Assembly (NCBI GenBank): GCA_030248215.1
Contig: JASANG010001013.1
Span: forward strand, 124,001-188,000
From: Enoplolaimus lenunculus
Lineage: Eukaryota
Direction: 5' to 3'
Length of the DNA: 64,000 nt
Part shown: in pieces, positions 35,132 to 49,736 of the stretch
How the letters are laid out: each line of letters begins with the position of its first letter
Position numbering within the stretch: position 1 is the first letter of the stretch
The notes under the pieces: generated by a model
The model's input: only the letters and a program-made list of their open reading frames with translations
What the model was told of the DNA's origin: nothing
Database searches by the model: none
Translations under genes and position numbers: made by a program

Positions 35132-36692
35132 CCCACACGTTTAGAATTTACGAAGAAAATACTACCAAATAGTTATCAAATAGTTTACAATACGATAGAA
35201 CCTGATTAATGTTAGGTACCTCAAAAACGACCGTTCTTTAGCTGGAATCTTCTAAGCTTTAAAACCTATAAAAACCAGGTTTGTAAACCTGGGTTGAATC
35301 GCATATTTATTCATGCATAAATACCCGATTATTGCTTTGAAATCTAAACGTAAGTAGTACATAAGGAAACAAAGCTTATATATATATTAAAAAAATACAT
35401 TTATGTATACATTAATGAATTGAAAATAAGTTGAATAACCAGTTGAATGAATCAAAGTACCGGAACTGTAGCTAGGAACCAGAAACCCTTATCACGAGCT
35501 TCTCTTTGAACCTAAACACAACTTATGACAATAGAACTTTTTGGTTGGTGTTGCCAAAAAATGCCGTCGCCTCAGAATTTAGGCAAAACGTGTATAACAT
35601 ATTTGGTTAAGGTATTCAAGCCCGAGACCAATTGCAGCCTGATGGCGGGTGCCAAACAATTTTATAGTTTCGTAATTTTGATGACGTCAGCGTGACATTG
35701 AAATTGAAAATGACAAAAATTGGCTGGACAGGTGAAGTTATACCAGGTTAACGGAACACGTCAATAATGACTTAGTATTAAAGTTTGTGGACTCGATACG
35801 AGCTTGATAGCTATACTTATATCAACAATGGCGGATGCAGAATTATCTGGTGGAAGCGAATTTTTTTATTGCTGGACATTGTATAAATTTTAAGGTTCGT
35901 TGTGTAGCGAATGATTTCATATAATAAAATTGACCAGTTGCGCCGAACGCGAAGAGTAACTCAAATTATTCCAGATGCAAACAAGCCGACTGTTTCACTA
36001 TATTTGGCCAGAACACACATTGTTAGCTTCAGGTGACCTATTTGCATTGCAAAATTTAAAATACTGCAGCGTCGTCAACGGATAACATCACCCTCATCCA
36101 ATCCCGACTCGGCCATTGCATATGGACTTCGAGTTAAAATTAGATTTAAGCTCATACAATCGTACAGTGTTTGTAGTCCCAAGAGTCCAATTGGTACGCA
36201 ATATAACAAACTTGGAGCAAATACAGACCCAAAAAACTAAATTACAGTTCGGCAAAATTATACCTTTTTGGTCATATTTTATCGGCGTTTTTAGGCTAAA
36301 TTTAAAAGTAACTTTTTTAAAAATAGCAGGATCCCACTGGTGGGTACTATGGAATCCAGAGGGGGGGTGAAAGGTGGCGTACTGCCAGTTACCCGAATAA
36401 GATGGAGGGAGGTAATAAACGGAAGCTCGCATTTTGAGTCGTATAATCAACAGGAGCGTGTATCGTTAATAAGAGTCGGTAAGCGGATAGAGTCCATAAA
36501 CTCTAAATCTCTTCCTTAAAATTGTCCCAATCACAAAATTGACACGTTTTAGATATCCCACCTGCACTGTAACTTTTGATGAGTTGATTAGCAATTCAGA
36601 ATTCTGAGTTCTGAAATACTTGATTCAGATCAGGACCTCTGAGTGGATTCATTTCGTTCTGAGTTAAAATCAACTCACTGGAATTTACATTG

Positions 36693-37154
36693 TAGTTTTT
36701 GAAGTAGGAGGGCTATCAGGGATAGTTTTTCAAGTAGGAGGGTTATCAGGGGTAGTTTTTCAAGTAGGAGGGTTATCAGGGGTAGTTTTTCAAGTATGAA
36801 GGCTATCAGAGGTAGTTTTTCAAGTAGGAGGGTTATCAGGGGTAGTTTTTCAAGTAGGAGGGTTATCAGGGGTAGTTTTTCAAGTAGGAAGGCTATCAGA
36901 GGTAGTTTTTCAAGTAGGAGGGTTATCAGGGGTAGTTTTTCAAGTAGGAAGGCTATCAGAGGTAGTTTTTCAAGTAGGAGGGTTATCAGGGGTAGTTTTT
37001 CAAGTAGGAAGGCTATCAGAGGTAGTTTTTCAAGTAGGAGGGTTATCAGGGGTAGTTTTTCAAGCAGGAGGGTTATCAGGGGTAGTTTTTAAAGTAGGAG
37101 GGCTATCAGGGATAGTTTTTCAAGTAGGGTTTTTGAAGTAGGAGGGCTATCAGG
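36693..37154. repeat. 30-bp minisatellite GGTAGTTTTTCAAGTAGGAGGGTTATCAGG x~15
   Basis: Near-perfect tandem with two alternating unit variants. Confidence 0.97.
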
Positions 37155-40100
37155 GGAAACAATGGTCTAGCCACGTCTTATAGTGTATATTTTCAGAATC
37201 CTTTTGTAGGCGAATGCTCATTCGCTATATGTAATGCCGTATAATGCAACACAATTTATGCTTATCGGCAGCATCCGTGTCGATACATAGCTAACTATGA
37301 AAGTATAGGTCCACACGCGGACTGTATGTCATTGTGGCAGAGCGTTCGTTTAAGGATCCGTAGGCTTTACAGTTCAAATCCAACACATGCCTGCTTCTTT
37401 CAACTGCTTAGTTAAAAGGTCTTATATCTGGATCGTACTCCAGGCAGATATCCTTCATCAGGAAAACGAAACACTAGTTTGGAACAGAATCTGAGTATGC
37501 CCTTAGCAATCATCCGGATACCGGCTCCCATATCCCTATGTGGATACCAAGGACTGAAATGTCGACGGATGTGCCATTAAATTGAGCATAGTTTTAAGGA
37601 AGATAGGCGAAGGATTAGGTTTAGGTTTAGGCTTACGAGTCGAATTTGACTCAGTTTGCGTAGTCCGGAAAAGCATATTTCGGAGGAGCAATTTGACTCA
37701 CCATTTTTGCAGTGTGTATGCTCTCTGGTTAAATTTAAAAAATAAACTGTAATGATACCGAAACGAACCTATAAAATAGTTTTTAGGTTTCTTTTTTAAT
37801 CCAAAACTGGTCAAAGTTTTGTATGCCACACCATCTCGTAAACTTTAACCAAATACCAGTTTTTCACATTGCCTATTTTCAGAGGGCCGCGCTACATTAT
37901 GACACCTCCGAGCCAGGGGCCGCTAGCCAAGCAGACTGAGATCAGGCTAAAAAGGTTATTGCAATATTTTGTTAACAGAGGGGGTCGAATGCTAATTCTT
38001 GTCCACCCGCACCCCCTATTACAGCATTCAAAGTTAAGACCACCAAAAAAGCCCGTTTATACAAATGATATTTTAGTGGAAACTAAACGAAATTTGATCT
38101 GTTTTATAAAAATAAAGTTTTATAATTATATTACCAAACCAGCACCTTTAGGCTCGGAGTCTTTAGGTTAAGCACAAGCTTTATCAAAACCAGGCCAATG
38201 GTTTGAACAGAACGTAGCAACCACGTTCGCATCGAGACGAGGGGGCGTGGCGCTGTTGCTGCCCCCCCATCCAATTTGTTTCGGCAACAGCATTACGTTA
38301 TTGAGTAATCACTATAAACTTGGCAATAAAGGTGGGGTGAATGGTTTTCGATGCTGATCCCCACAATCTAGATTTCTGGGTACACCAATGCATTTATTTG
38401 TGAAAGATCATGATATAACACTGGTAATATGGTCACAGTCATTCAAACAATCAAGTCAATGTAATGTACTCGTATAAATCTGTTAAACAGTGCCAGATCG
38501 AGAAATTTCGGACTCGGCTTGTGTGTGACAGATGCAGCAGTGAAAAAAGTTCGTGAGCGAAACGAGCAGAAAGCTATCAAACCGCGCTTTCAGAGCTAAA
38601 TTACAATGCAATACTTTTCTCTTAATTCCTGTCAGGGGGCATGACTTTGGTGGCCCCCATTAAATCAAACAGCGGAGCCGGGTTCCATGTATCGTCATAC
38701 GCGTCCGGCTGGTCATAACAGCTACTTTAATAAAGTTCCTGGGCTCAAACCTTTGTATTCCTGAACCCGGACATAAATTGTGTTTCGGCTTACAAGCCTT
38801 CAAAGACTACCCGCAGATAAAACCGAAATACGTTTTGTTAGTCATAACGTCTATAATTAGTATCCGGTCAAAACCGCCTAAACAACTTTAGTTCACATAA
38901 AAAATATACTAAAATTCATTTTCTACCTAAAATTTTATACACGCAGGCCAGTAGCCAGCTCCCCTTGCTATGGAGGGGGCTAGAAATGGTTCAGTAGGGG
39001 CATTCAAGGGGTTTCAATGACTTACAGACAAGGTTGAAAATTTTCTAGGGGCGGGGGGCAAAATTGTTCCAGGGGGGGCTGAACACCTGTGCCATCCCCT
39101 TGGCTACGGGCCCATTTAAAGGCATGCTTTTAAAAGGTCGCTTTTCCGTTCTGAGACAGGCTCACGATAAGAAAAAAGTTACAAGGGCGAAAGCGAGTAT
39201 TCCCTGACAGAAGCAAGCTTAACTTGTTAGGGGGTTAAAAAAGTTTAAGGACAGCTTGAGTAGATACACTGCAAAAAATAGTGAGTCAAATTGACTCTCT
39301 CCGAAACAGGCTTTACATGACTATGCAATCTGAATCAGATTAGACTCCACGTGAGTCAAACGTGCGACTCAGTGAGTTGAATTGGACTCTCTCGCAGTCA
39401 AATTTGACACAGTTGGTGTAGTCTCGTAGAGCCTATTTCGGAGACAGTCAATTTGACGGATCATTGCAGTCTACCGACCAAACCGAAAAGCAAGGTGTCC
39501 CAAGAATAAGTTGCACAACAACCAAAACCACAGCGTTTTACAAGTACATTTCAGTGCGTTTGACAATTCCTATTTTAATAGTTCAGACAAGTGACCGTAT
39601 TCTCAAATGTGTGTAGCATCTATCTCCAATTAGTGACAGGTTCTGAAACAAGTGACCTGTACAAACGTGGTATTCTGTACAATAGTACGACTGGCTAAAA
39701 TCCAAATACTGTGCTAATTTACGAAGCATTTCATTGGTTAAAGTTCAAAAGAGACAAAACCTATCAGCAACTAATGATAGATGCTATAGCCATTTGATAA
39801 TTCCTACAGGAACATAGTGACAATTTCATTTCGGAAATGGTGTAAGCTTAGATATTTTTTACGACCGAACGAGTAAATTTCTTTGCGTCAAAGATTCTCA
39901 ATGGCAGACGTTGTGAAACCTACTTAAGTATAGCCTCATACTAAATATTTGCTAAGCAAATACTTAACCAATTTTTCGTTTCTAAAAGCGTGTTTAAGTT
40001 AAGTAAATACTAAAGTCGCTGAATAAATGTTGATTTAAATAGACTGAGCGTTTCGTTTTACTAATCTTTGGTTTGTTAGGTTCGCAGCGTCAGGATGCTT

Positions 40101-40822
40101 GCTGAGCCTAAACGCAAAATGATGATTTTTGACTTATCGCAAATCGGTCGAAAATGTCATTTATTTGTTTTTGCTAAAAAAAAGTTAAGTATTTGCTTAA
40201 GTCCGTGACTTAAGTATACGCATTACTTAATAAACACAACTGAAGAACTTAAATAAGATTTGGGATTTTGGAAACACAGCTAACAACTATTCAAATCTCC
40301 TTATAACGCACTTCCACGACTTCAAATACGGCGTCGGACTCATAGCCAGAGCGGAGCCAGATGCGACTGAGTCCCGTCCCCTGGAAGACGTCTCCCCTTA
40401 GAAAAATTTCAGCCTTGCTTGTAAGTCATACAAAACACTTGTATATGACTGCTGGAAAATGTATAGCCCCCCCCCTTAGCATGGCACGCTGCCTACAGTC
40501 CTGAACGGCGTATATCACATGTATTGTTCCTTACAAAATAGGCCTGCGGCTTTTAACCTTTTATCAACTCGCGATCGCTGGCACACACATTTTTGGCCCG
40601 GAAGCCCGAGATGGAGATTTTACGTTAGCATACAAGCCAGAAATACCAAACGGCAATAGAGCCCCATCACCGTATAACGTTATCCCACAAATTTCAAGGA
40701 TATACCGCTTGTATAACAGTAGTTTCAAAGTTATGATAAACTGCCGATAGTTGCTACACACATTTGAGAATATTAGACCTCGCAATATCAAACGAACCCA
40801 ATCTTTTTACATCTGAAGGTAA

Positions 40823-40824
<2 letters not shown>

Positions 40825-40920
<96 letters not shown>

Positions 40921-40950
40921 GTATGTATGTATGTATATATATGTATGTAT
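40825..40950. repeat. (AT)n microsatellite; weaker AT tracts at ~18150-18190, 27590-27665, 56640-56740
   Basis: More than 40 AT units, decaying into ATGT. Confidence 0.97.
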
Positions 40951-41929
40951 ATTATGCATATATATTTATTTATTTATTTGACGCAATTATATATTTGTTG
41001 GCCATTATGGTCACGCAATACCGAAACTTAAACCGTTGTTGCTATTCTATGAAGCAAAGTTTAGCTTCGATCTTACCGGGTGATCACGCAACAAGCAATT
41101 CGGGTTCATTTAAATCTCAAATCGGAACCGAAAACAATAAATATATACAAACATGAATATATTCTGATGGATGACACAAAAAAACTGGCACTTTTACAAG
41201 CTTTAGAACTAAACCGTTTCGTTGAAATATGAAAGTTGAAATTAAAACCAAAATTGAGAACCGGTTTGTTGAAAATTCACACGATAAAGCAGGGTGTAAC
41301 CAGATTTGAAAAATACCGGGAACCGGAGGTCAACAAAATTCGCGGAAGTCGGAGCTGGAGGTGAAACCGGAACAGCAAAAAATATACGGTATTTGAAATG
41401 ATGTTCAATTTGCTAATTTTAGCCAAATATCTGTAAAGTGCTGTGAAATGTTTTGGTTTTACGCTTACTTTTTTACGAAATCTACGCAATTTTTTCATCA
41501 AAATTGTACCAAAAGTTAAAACAAAACCAGCCACACAAATAAATGTTGTAAAAACTATACAAAATTTTACTACCGAAATTTGCGGAATCTCTGACAAAAA
41601 TTCTACCGGAGGGTGGAGTCGTTGGTTGATTTTTTGAGCGGAAGACTGACGTCCAGTTGTACCCTGACGACGAGTACAGCGTCGGCCAGAAATTGAGCAA
41701 AAAACACGAATTATTTTTGAACTCGACGAGTGTTCGAACGAGAGATAATTTTTTCAATTTATTTGGTTGAAAAATACGCTATGAGCTTCAGATGAACATT
41801 TTGCAATACAAAATTTTCACAACGGTACGGCATGCAGAGAACGCATCCATCCACCCTATGTCACAAATCTGCCATTGACTCTGAGTGTAAGAGTTTGGCA
41901 AAATTGTTTTCTACCCTGAAATAGTTTAA

Positions 41930-42192
41930 CCCTTTCACTCATAGAGTATACTATGAGCCACTAAATACAATAATGTACGAGCAATACACACACTGTGAGC
42001 AGTGTTTAACATTTGTAACATATATGCGCAGAGCAAAATCTCCACAAGACGTGAGAGCCCCCTCGGGCTCCAGCGTCAAGCTCCTATAGCTCAGTGGTCA
42101 TCGTAAACACCTCCCATCCGAGAGGCTGGGGATCGAATCTTACCTTGAAAGTTTATCTCATATGAAATTGAAAATATTCATGTGAGAAAGGA
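41930..42192 (+). mobile_element. Family H MITE
   Basis: TTAA flanks; collinear with 10811-11072. Confidence 0.85.
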
Positions 42193-42539
42193 TTAATGGA
42201 AAAATGCTCAGTTAGTATCTATAATAACATTAAATATTTTTGTATGTGTGGAACGGTACTGCGGTCAGATATCTGTAACGAGGGTAAACGCCCAACCGGT
42301 TTCGTTTCTGTTGTTCATTTCAAATTATTCTAAAATTTCCATCACTTAGAATCTGTTGACAAATATACTATTCGGCTTTTCTAAACACCGTTTTGGCTTA
42401 CTGGGTTTTGCAATCCAAATCACCGACAACTGTACGGCTCGAAATTCCTCGTGGGAAATGTTCGGTGCAGAAGCAAGAAAAATTAAAAACACAACGTCTC
42501 TTTGTGACTCGATTACCAACCACAAAGTAGGACCAGGCC

Positions 42540-42690
42540 GGCCAATGTTATTTTTAGGGGCGTAACAGTTGATTAAGCGTATTCCTACGCCTAAGCCTAA
42601 GCCTAAGGAAAAAAATTGTAGTCTAGAATGTATACCAACTCTTTTACGGACCCATCAAAAAACTTTACGTCTCTTAAAGTAACATTAGCC
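42540..42690 (-). mobile_element. TTAGGC MITE (A3), short
   Basis: GGCCAATGTTA...TAACATTAGCC; TSD ACCAGGCC/ATCAGGCC. Confidence 0.85.
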
Positions 42691-43444
42691 ATCAGGCCCG
42701 TAGCCAGAAGGCGAATGGCCATACAGAGGAAAAGGTTCAGATTCTTTTCGAAAAACTCACTCCCTGTAGAAAAAATTTAAGCCACGCTTGTAACCTTGTT
42801 ATTTTAACAGCATACATCCCCGCAATTCATTTTGTTTCTTATCAAATTGACCCGGATACGAACCGACGTTTGATACAGGCCTGCAGCCATTGGCTGGCGT
42901 AGAAGAGGCCACCCAGGCCATGCATGGCTTTTAACCAATAGGAATCACAGCTAAAATTGTGTGATTGGCTTCTTGTTCGCTTTGCTTGTGAATTTTTTTC
43001 ATTAATATCACACCCAACACTTCAGAGAGAGTCATTGGTCGTATCCAAGTCATCATAATAGAGTGTGCCTAACGGTTCAGGCTGGAACATGGTGATTCGT
43101 TTACATAACTTGTAAACCGGTGCCAAAACATTTTTAGGTCATCCGTAATTTTTTTCCAGAGAGCCCCCTGTCATCAGACGAACCAGAAATAGCTAAGGTA
43201 TAGGCTCAAATTTCAGGTTTGCTGTATTGTTTTGAAGTACGGCATAGCGAGTCGATGTTATAGTGACTATATCCGTTTCTTAGACAATATTCAAAATTTA
43301 GGATACTTTCTTAGAGTCTTTAGCTTTATCAGCCCTCTTCTAAGCAGCTTCATTTATGACCGAATAGTCTGATTTTTTAGCTTACAAACACGGTTTATGA
43401 AAAACGATGTGAAATGTGTAATATTATTCTTGAAAAGCCGTATA

Positions 43445-43653
43445 CACTGCAAAAAATGGGAAGTCAAATTGACTCTCTCCGACATAGGCGCTACGGGACT
43501 ACACAAACTGAGTAAAATTCGACTCCACCAGAGTCAATTTCGACTCACTATGTTGAACGTTTGACTCTTGCGGAGTCGAATTTGACTCAGTTTGCGTAGT
43601 CAAGAAAAGCCTATTTCCAAGAGAGTCAATTTGACTCCCCATTTTTTACAGTG
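43445..43653. mobile_element. ~210-bp foldback CACTG-ended MITE (family E). Other copies at approx. 21902-22108, 34197-34414, 37636-37713 (half), 39267-39470, 54270-54454
   Basis: CACTGCAAAAAATGGGAAGTCAAATTGACTCTCT...AGAGAGTCAATTTGACTCCCCATTTTTTACAGTG; repeated GAGTC/GACTC; 2-bp TSD (TA here, CA at 21902). Confidence 0.82.
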
Positions 43654-45495
43654 TATAAATCGTATTGAGCTCGAATATGAATATTCAGGCTCGTGCATAG
43701 ACAGCGAACTGAACACTAAGGGTGGCGTTATACTTTTGACGACGTCCAGCCACACGGACGGCGCCCCACGACAATGTATAACGCCACCCTAAGCACCCGA
43801 TACAAGCTTAAGGATAGCGCTATACTTGGCATACGGCGCCGTCCATCACCGTGCGGCATCGTACGCAAACTGCCTTGCGTCGCCAAAAGGTAATTCGCGT
43901 ATAACGCCGCATGGTGGACGAATGGCGTCGGATGAGATCAATGGTCAAAATGCAGCGAAGACCAAGGGCCTAAGCCCGTATTCTGAAATGCGTGTAGCAC
44001 ATATTACCAGTTATGGTGTTAGGTCTTGTGACTTTCGAATCATTCTGGATTCTACTCGTCAAACAACTCATTCACATGACGTTATACCCGCCGGAACGAA
44101 ACCTTGGCAACGCCTCTGACTAAAAAAATCAATCTGCTACTACAGGCTTGTTCAAGTAAACTGTTATCAATGTTTATTTGGCTTTTTCAGACAGAGACAG
44201 ATTTTTGCTTCGGGGATCGCCACACCAATTAAAGTTTAGTTGCATAACGTCAATTTGGCTCACCTAAAAGCTATTATAAACGAATAAATCATTATTTTTC
44301 AAAGTTACTGAATAAATATGCCCACATTGACGAGGCTAGCTATGTTTTCCCCGCGAAGCCGACATAGCTAGTTGATTTAGGCGCTAAAAAAACCAAACCG
44401 CGGTATCCCGCGCAAAATAGAGTTTGTGGTTGAAAGAAGAAAAAAGTTTTTGTTGGGCGTTGGTTTTTGGATTGAGTTTGTATTGCAAGCTAATGAGGTT
44501 ATAAAGTTTTGGGGTTATTTTAAAGCCAGCAATCAAATAAAACGACAGACAAAATTAAGCTTTGATTTTTTTCAGGACATGAAACCCCCCGTTTAAACTC
44601 TATGCTAGGTTCCAGTGGTGTAACCAATGGTCGGTGGTATTCTTAAATAGGTGTAGCACCTATCACAAATTGGTCATAAGTCTTCACTTTAAATTTCAGT
44701 GAATTGATTTTAATTCAGAATGAGTTGAATCACTCAGTCTGGATTAGGACTATCCGTACTCAGAATTTTGAGTTGATTATTCATTCTGAGTTAATTAATC
44801 AACTCAACCAGAGTCAACCCAACTCAGAATGAGAATCAACTCAACTCAGAGTGAGTTAATGTTTACTGATATTAATTCAGAAATACCCAACTCGCTAGAT
44901 GAATTGATTAATCAACTCATTGAAATTTACAGTGTTGTGAGTTTTGACCCAGCGGATGGTTAGGTTCAAAATTCAGCACATGGCTCTCATTTGATTTGCC
45001 CTATTTTTATATTTTATACTTAGTTTGATATCCGAAATTGCACACATTTGTCAGTTTGAAAACCGATCGCCAACTGATGATAGATGCTATTCACATTTGA
45101 GAATACGGCCAAAGATTTCAATTTGACATCAAATAACGTAGCGCGACAACATATTGTGGCCTCTAAGATCTCGCCGATAAAACGGCATTTTTCTGTCCGT
45201 TTAGAAAGTTAAAAAGGGGATATCTACGCCCCTGTTCACCCCCCTCTGGCGTATTACCCACGCTGGCCTGGTCTATGCTTTTAACTGTCTCAAACCTATT
45301 CGTGGCAGACATATACAAGACAGCAATGAGTGTGTCAACACTTTAGCAAAAAGTAAATGCGAATGTCTGAAAAACTAGCGAAAATTGAAAAGAAACTATA
45401 GGCCATTTCGGCCGTTTTCTTAGCTTTGCTATCAAACGGATGGAGGGGTCTTAGAGGAAGAAACACAGAAGCGGGGTGACCCCTAGCTCCAACTA

Positions 45496-45840
45496 CTCTC
45501 TAAAAACTTAAATTTAACTTATAGCTTTACTAAACTTGAAAATCGATTAAGTAAAACTTAAATGGCTGGACAGACTAAGTAAACTAGAATTTTAAGTTTT
45601 GCTTAAACTCACGTGTTTTTAAATTTAACACGAGTTTAAGTAAACTTATTTTTAGTTTAATTTACAAGTGCAGCCGTGTGTCTAAAGTGTTCATTAAGTT
45701 TAGCTAAAACTGAAAATATGTAAGATTTTAAATGAGTTTATGCGTAAACCTGCCTGATAGCTTAGTTAATCCAGAAAGTCAGTTTAATACTGGTGGATTT
45801 GCTTAAGCTTAAATCAAGTTTAGTTTAAGCTTTTAGAGAG
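45496..45840. mobile_element. AT-rich TIR element
   Basis: TA|CTCTCTAAAAACTTAAA...TTTAAGCTTTTAGAGAG|TA with internal TAAAC/GTTTA motifs. Confidence 0.7.
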
Positions 45841-46179
45841 TACCAGAGGTAAAACCTTACAATGGTAACAGATGCAGCTGTATATAAACGAAAATTTCTC
45901 TGTTCATAACTACTGTCAACACTTGTCCTAGGGATAATCCTTGGTGTTTTTTACAAGAATTAATATTTAGTCGATTTAGCGTTAATTTAGGAAATTTTTG
46001 TTTTAAAAATTGACCAAAGTTTCTGGTAGAAATGTTTACGAAAAACATGAAATCTTTAACCTGAAATTATTCAAATGTTTGTTGATCCTGCTGCAAGAGT
46101 TTGGTCCAAATTGATGACTTTTTTGCCAAAAAAACATTGTCTTACCGACCCGTGCTTACAACGAGGGTCTGCTTGAGAA

Positions 46180-46330
46180 CCTAAACCTAAGTCTTAAAGC
46201 GTCTAAGCCAAAGCGTAAAGCTAAAACATATACCAAGGTCTAAGCCTGAGCAAAAAATTAGTTTAAAAATTAAGCTTACTCTGTTGCAGTCCTGCGGAAA
46301 AACGGTTCGTCCCTGATCTTTATATGGTCC
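46180..46330 (-). mobile_element. TTAGGC-array MITE (A1), partial
   Basis: Degenerate GCCTAA units, AAGCTTACTCT core and terminal CCCTGATCTTTATATGGTCC. Confidence 0.65.
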
Positions 46331-47749
46331 ATAATGGCCCCGGCTTTTTAGATGCTCCGGCAGCAGACCGCTGCAACAAACACTTGTTGTCTTATCTTTA
46401 ACGAGGACCGCCCGTTTCTGCTACAGCTGAATCCATGTTGGCGTCCACGTTTGTTTGCCTACATTTCTACCGATTTTGTAGCCAAATTACCTGAACCCAT
46501 TTGATATTTTAATAAAAAACATCTAATTGTTTTTCAACATTTGACGAAAAACCTTTGGTTTCATTTACGAGCCAGGCAAATGTTAACCAGTTGCAAAAAT
46601 TTTGCCAAAATTAATTTCTTAATTTCGTCGCTACATTGGGTTTTTGTCGGGTTTAACTTAACACGTAGGGCATGAATTAAACTGTAAAAGAATAAGAGGG
46701 TGCTTTATTAAATGTATGTACCTTTCCGTTAGGAATTTGGATAATTTTTTACGTTTAGGTTTAGATCTAGATTCAGGCTCAGGCTTGGCTAGGGCGAATG
46801 GCTCGTAAAATGTACCCGACGTCGTATTTGAGACCTTAACGTATTATGCTCGCTGAGTCACAAAAAACTCAAGACTGTTCAGCCGCTGGGATAGTGGATG
46901 CAGTCATTTGCATAGTTTTAGACTCCCATCGCGACCAGAGGCCAAGTCAAGGCAGTAACCAGGGTTTTATTTCGGATGGGTGCGAGCCCGAAATTCTATG
47001 AGCCATTCAGATTCCGAAGATTAATCTGGACCTTTTTAAATATATACTTTCCCTGCAAGACTAGTTATTTCTGGAGGACATATACATATGTTTTGTACCC
47101 GTTCCCATGTACAGTGCTTGAGCAGTCTATGATGATTGCCCCAAAAATTCCGATGTGGTACCCCCAAAATTTCAATGTGAGGGTCGCTTATGATGACCAA
47201 AATATTTTCAAATTTTTTGGTTGAAATCTTGTTAGGGAGGGGACCCTATTTGGGGCCCCCTCAAATGAGGGATATGCGGGGTCGTTGCTTCGGCCGTGCC
47301 CATGTATTCGACCAATGTCATTAGTCATGATTTCTATCAAATCCTTTGAGTCCGTAGATTCCGAAAATCAAAATTTACCCATCGCTCTGGTGTGTATATG
47401 CTTCTGATCAACCTAAACCTACCAACAAAACCTGCACTTGTGCGCCGTTTGGCTGCGCTTGTTCAGGACAACCGACATTCGTTCGGCTCTTTTGGTTTGC
47501 CTTTTTGCCTGAGACCTGAGGGTTGTTTTCGTGACAATAAACGCTAAAACCGACCCTGGAATCATCAAATACCATTTAGACTTTGCTTTCTTCGTATAAG
47601 GTTGCAAGCTTAAACCAGCCAGCAAAGCAAGCGTTCGTTCTTCGTTTGACAAAAGGCCGCACAGCAGAAGCCGTGAGGAAAACGGAAAACGGACTAAAAT
47701 GTGGCGTCAGAATGCCAAAATTCTCGCAATCTATCGCAAAACCTAAGAT

Positions 47750-48046
47750 GGCCCATGTAAAGATCAGAGGCGCAACGCTTTTCTGTGGGACTAAAATAGA
47801 GTAAGTTTAAGCTTTAGACTGCTTTTTTGCTTGGCTTAAGCTTAGGCTTAGGTTTAGGCTTAGGCTGTGGGGTAAACTCATTTTTAGACTTACGCTTAGG
47901 CTTAGGCTTAGGTGTAAACTCATTCTTACGCTTAGGCTTAGGCTTAGGAGTAAGCTCATTCTTACGCTTAGGCTTAGGTTTAGGCTTACGCTTAGGCTTA
48001 GGAATATGCTCATACTACTGTTCCACCACTGTTCTTTACATTGACC
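47750..48046 (+). mobile_element. TTAGGC-array MITE (A1)
   Basis: Both TIRs plus internal array. Confidence 0.85.
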
Positions 48047-48796
48047 GATTATATCGAAAATCAATAGGAAAATAACAGTATTCGCACACAGCTTATTTCA
48101 TTCTAATAGCACCGTAATATCAGACCTGTTAAAGTGCGAAATATATTTTATTCCGAGTTGTGATAAACCGTTGAAACCTAAATATGGACCTTCCGATTAT
48201 AAAATATTTGCCTAATTTTGGATATATTTAAGTATCTATTACCAGTTAGTGATAGGTTTTCAAACTGTAAAAGCGACAGCAAGCGCAAGCCTACAGATTT
48301 TCAATCAACTGTTGACAGATGCTAACCACAGTTGAGAATGCTAATCGTTTTAAACTCGAAACCAAAAACCTAAGGGTTAATTGTTTTTTAACTATGAAGG
48401 CAGCCGACGTACGGCAACATAGCTGAATTGGTGAATGTTACCTTAAATTAATAGTCATTAAGTTTAAGCTTACTCTATTGCAGTCCCGCGAAAAAACTGT
48501 TTGCCTTTGATCTTTGCGCACGAGCGTCGTTCTCTGAGTGTTACGTAAGCAACAGCCCACAGTGTTGCCTGTTACCAAAAATCATTTTTAAAATTTCTAC
48601 AGCGTTTTGAATTAAATGTATTTTTTTAAATTTTAACCAAAATTTAAAAAGTATAAATTCAAGCCAGAATACCAGTTTATCAATGGCTCATATCTCGTCA
48701 GCTTAGCGTTCAAAACAAGACCCAGCTTTGAAAACACTGATACCGGCTGGACGATGATTGACTTTCGAATATTTTCTTTCGTTCTATAAACCGCCT

Positions 48797-49000
48797 GGCC
48801 AATGCTACTTTAAGGGGCGTAACAGTGGATCAAGCGTATTCCTAAGCCTAAGCCTAAGCGTTACAAAAATGGTATCCTAAGCCTAAGTCTATGCCTAAGT
48901 GTAAGCCTAAGCCTAAGCCTAAGTGTAAGCCCAAGCGAAAACATGTAACTCATTTATAGACCCACCAGAAACCTGGACGTCCCTTAAAGTAGCATGGGCC
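48797..49000 (-). mobile_element. TTAGGC MITE (A3)
   Basis: TIR GGCCAATGCTACTTTAAGGGGCGT / ACGTCCCTTAAAGTAGCATGGGCC; exact TSD AACCGCCT. Confidence 0.9.
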
Positions 49001-49736
49001 AACCGCCTGATATTTTCGACAAAATAGGGACACAGCAGAGTCAAGGACACATTACATTTTACTTATTCAAGTGAAAATAATAAATGTATTCGCCGCTTAA
49101 ACATGTATATTAAACCATTTTCAGCTACCGGTAACGAAAGATACATCCGGTCTGCCTTGTGACGCCAATTTGACGGCTGGAAGGATATGCGGCCCCTCCA
49201 ACCCCGCCATTTGGACGGCCGTTTCGCTGTTTGTACGAATACAAATTTGACCTCTTTGGTTGAGCCATGAGGTTTCGTAATGCGATATGAACACGAAGTT
49301 TGAGCTGGTTTCGGGCCCACATTAAATTCTCGTGGGCCTGATATGGAACGGCCAAACTTTAAAAAAAATTATGATAAGAATAAATTCAAAATGAACCCAG
49401 GTTTTTGCGGTATACAAGTTTTTCAGTTATGATAGTCTTGGGTCAATTGAGTTACTGTATGGCCATCGAATATTGGGTGATTTCGGTTACCCTCCCAACA
49501 GCCGGCGTTTGCCTAAAAATGGTTGGGTTTTGAAAATTTTTGCATATTTGAACTTGGGGGGATAATCGAAAACACCCCATTTATGCAACCGCTCATGTCT
49601 TGAATAATGCTAAGCAGTTAAACAGAAGGAGCCGATGACGTTTTCGAGGGGAGCAACACGTACATGATTGTCCCCTCCTATCGAACAAACAAATTTTGCA
49701 ACGCAAGTTGCTCATCGGAAGCTCACAGTTTGTTTT

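Noticed and set aside
36796..37092. 98-aa 'RGSFSSRRVI' repeat protein; also 40764-41156 (IY)n and 25142-25390
   Set aside because: Translations of minisatellites and microsatellites.
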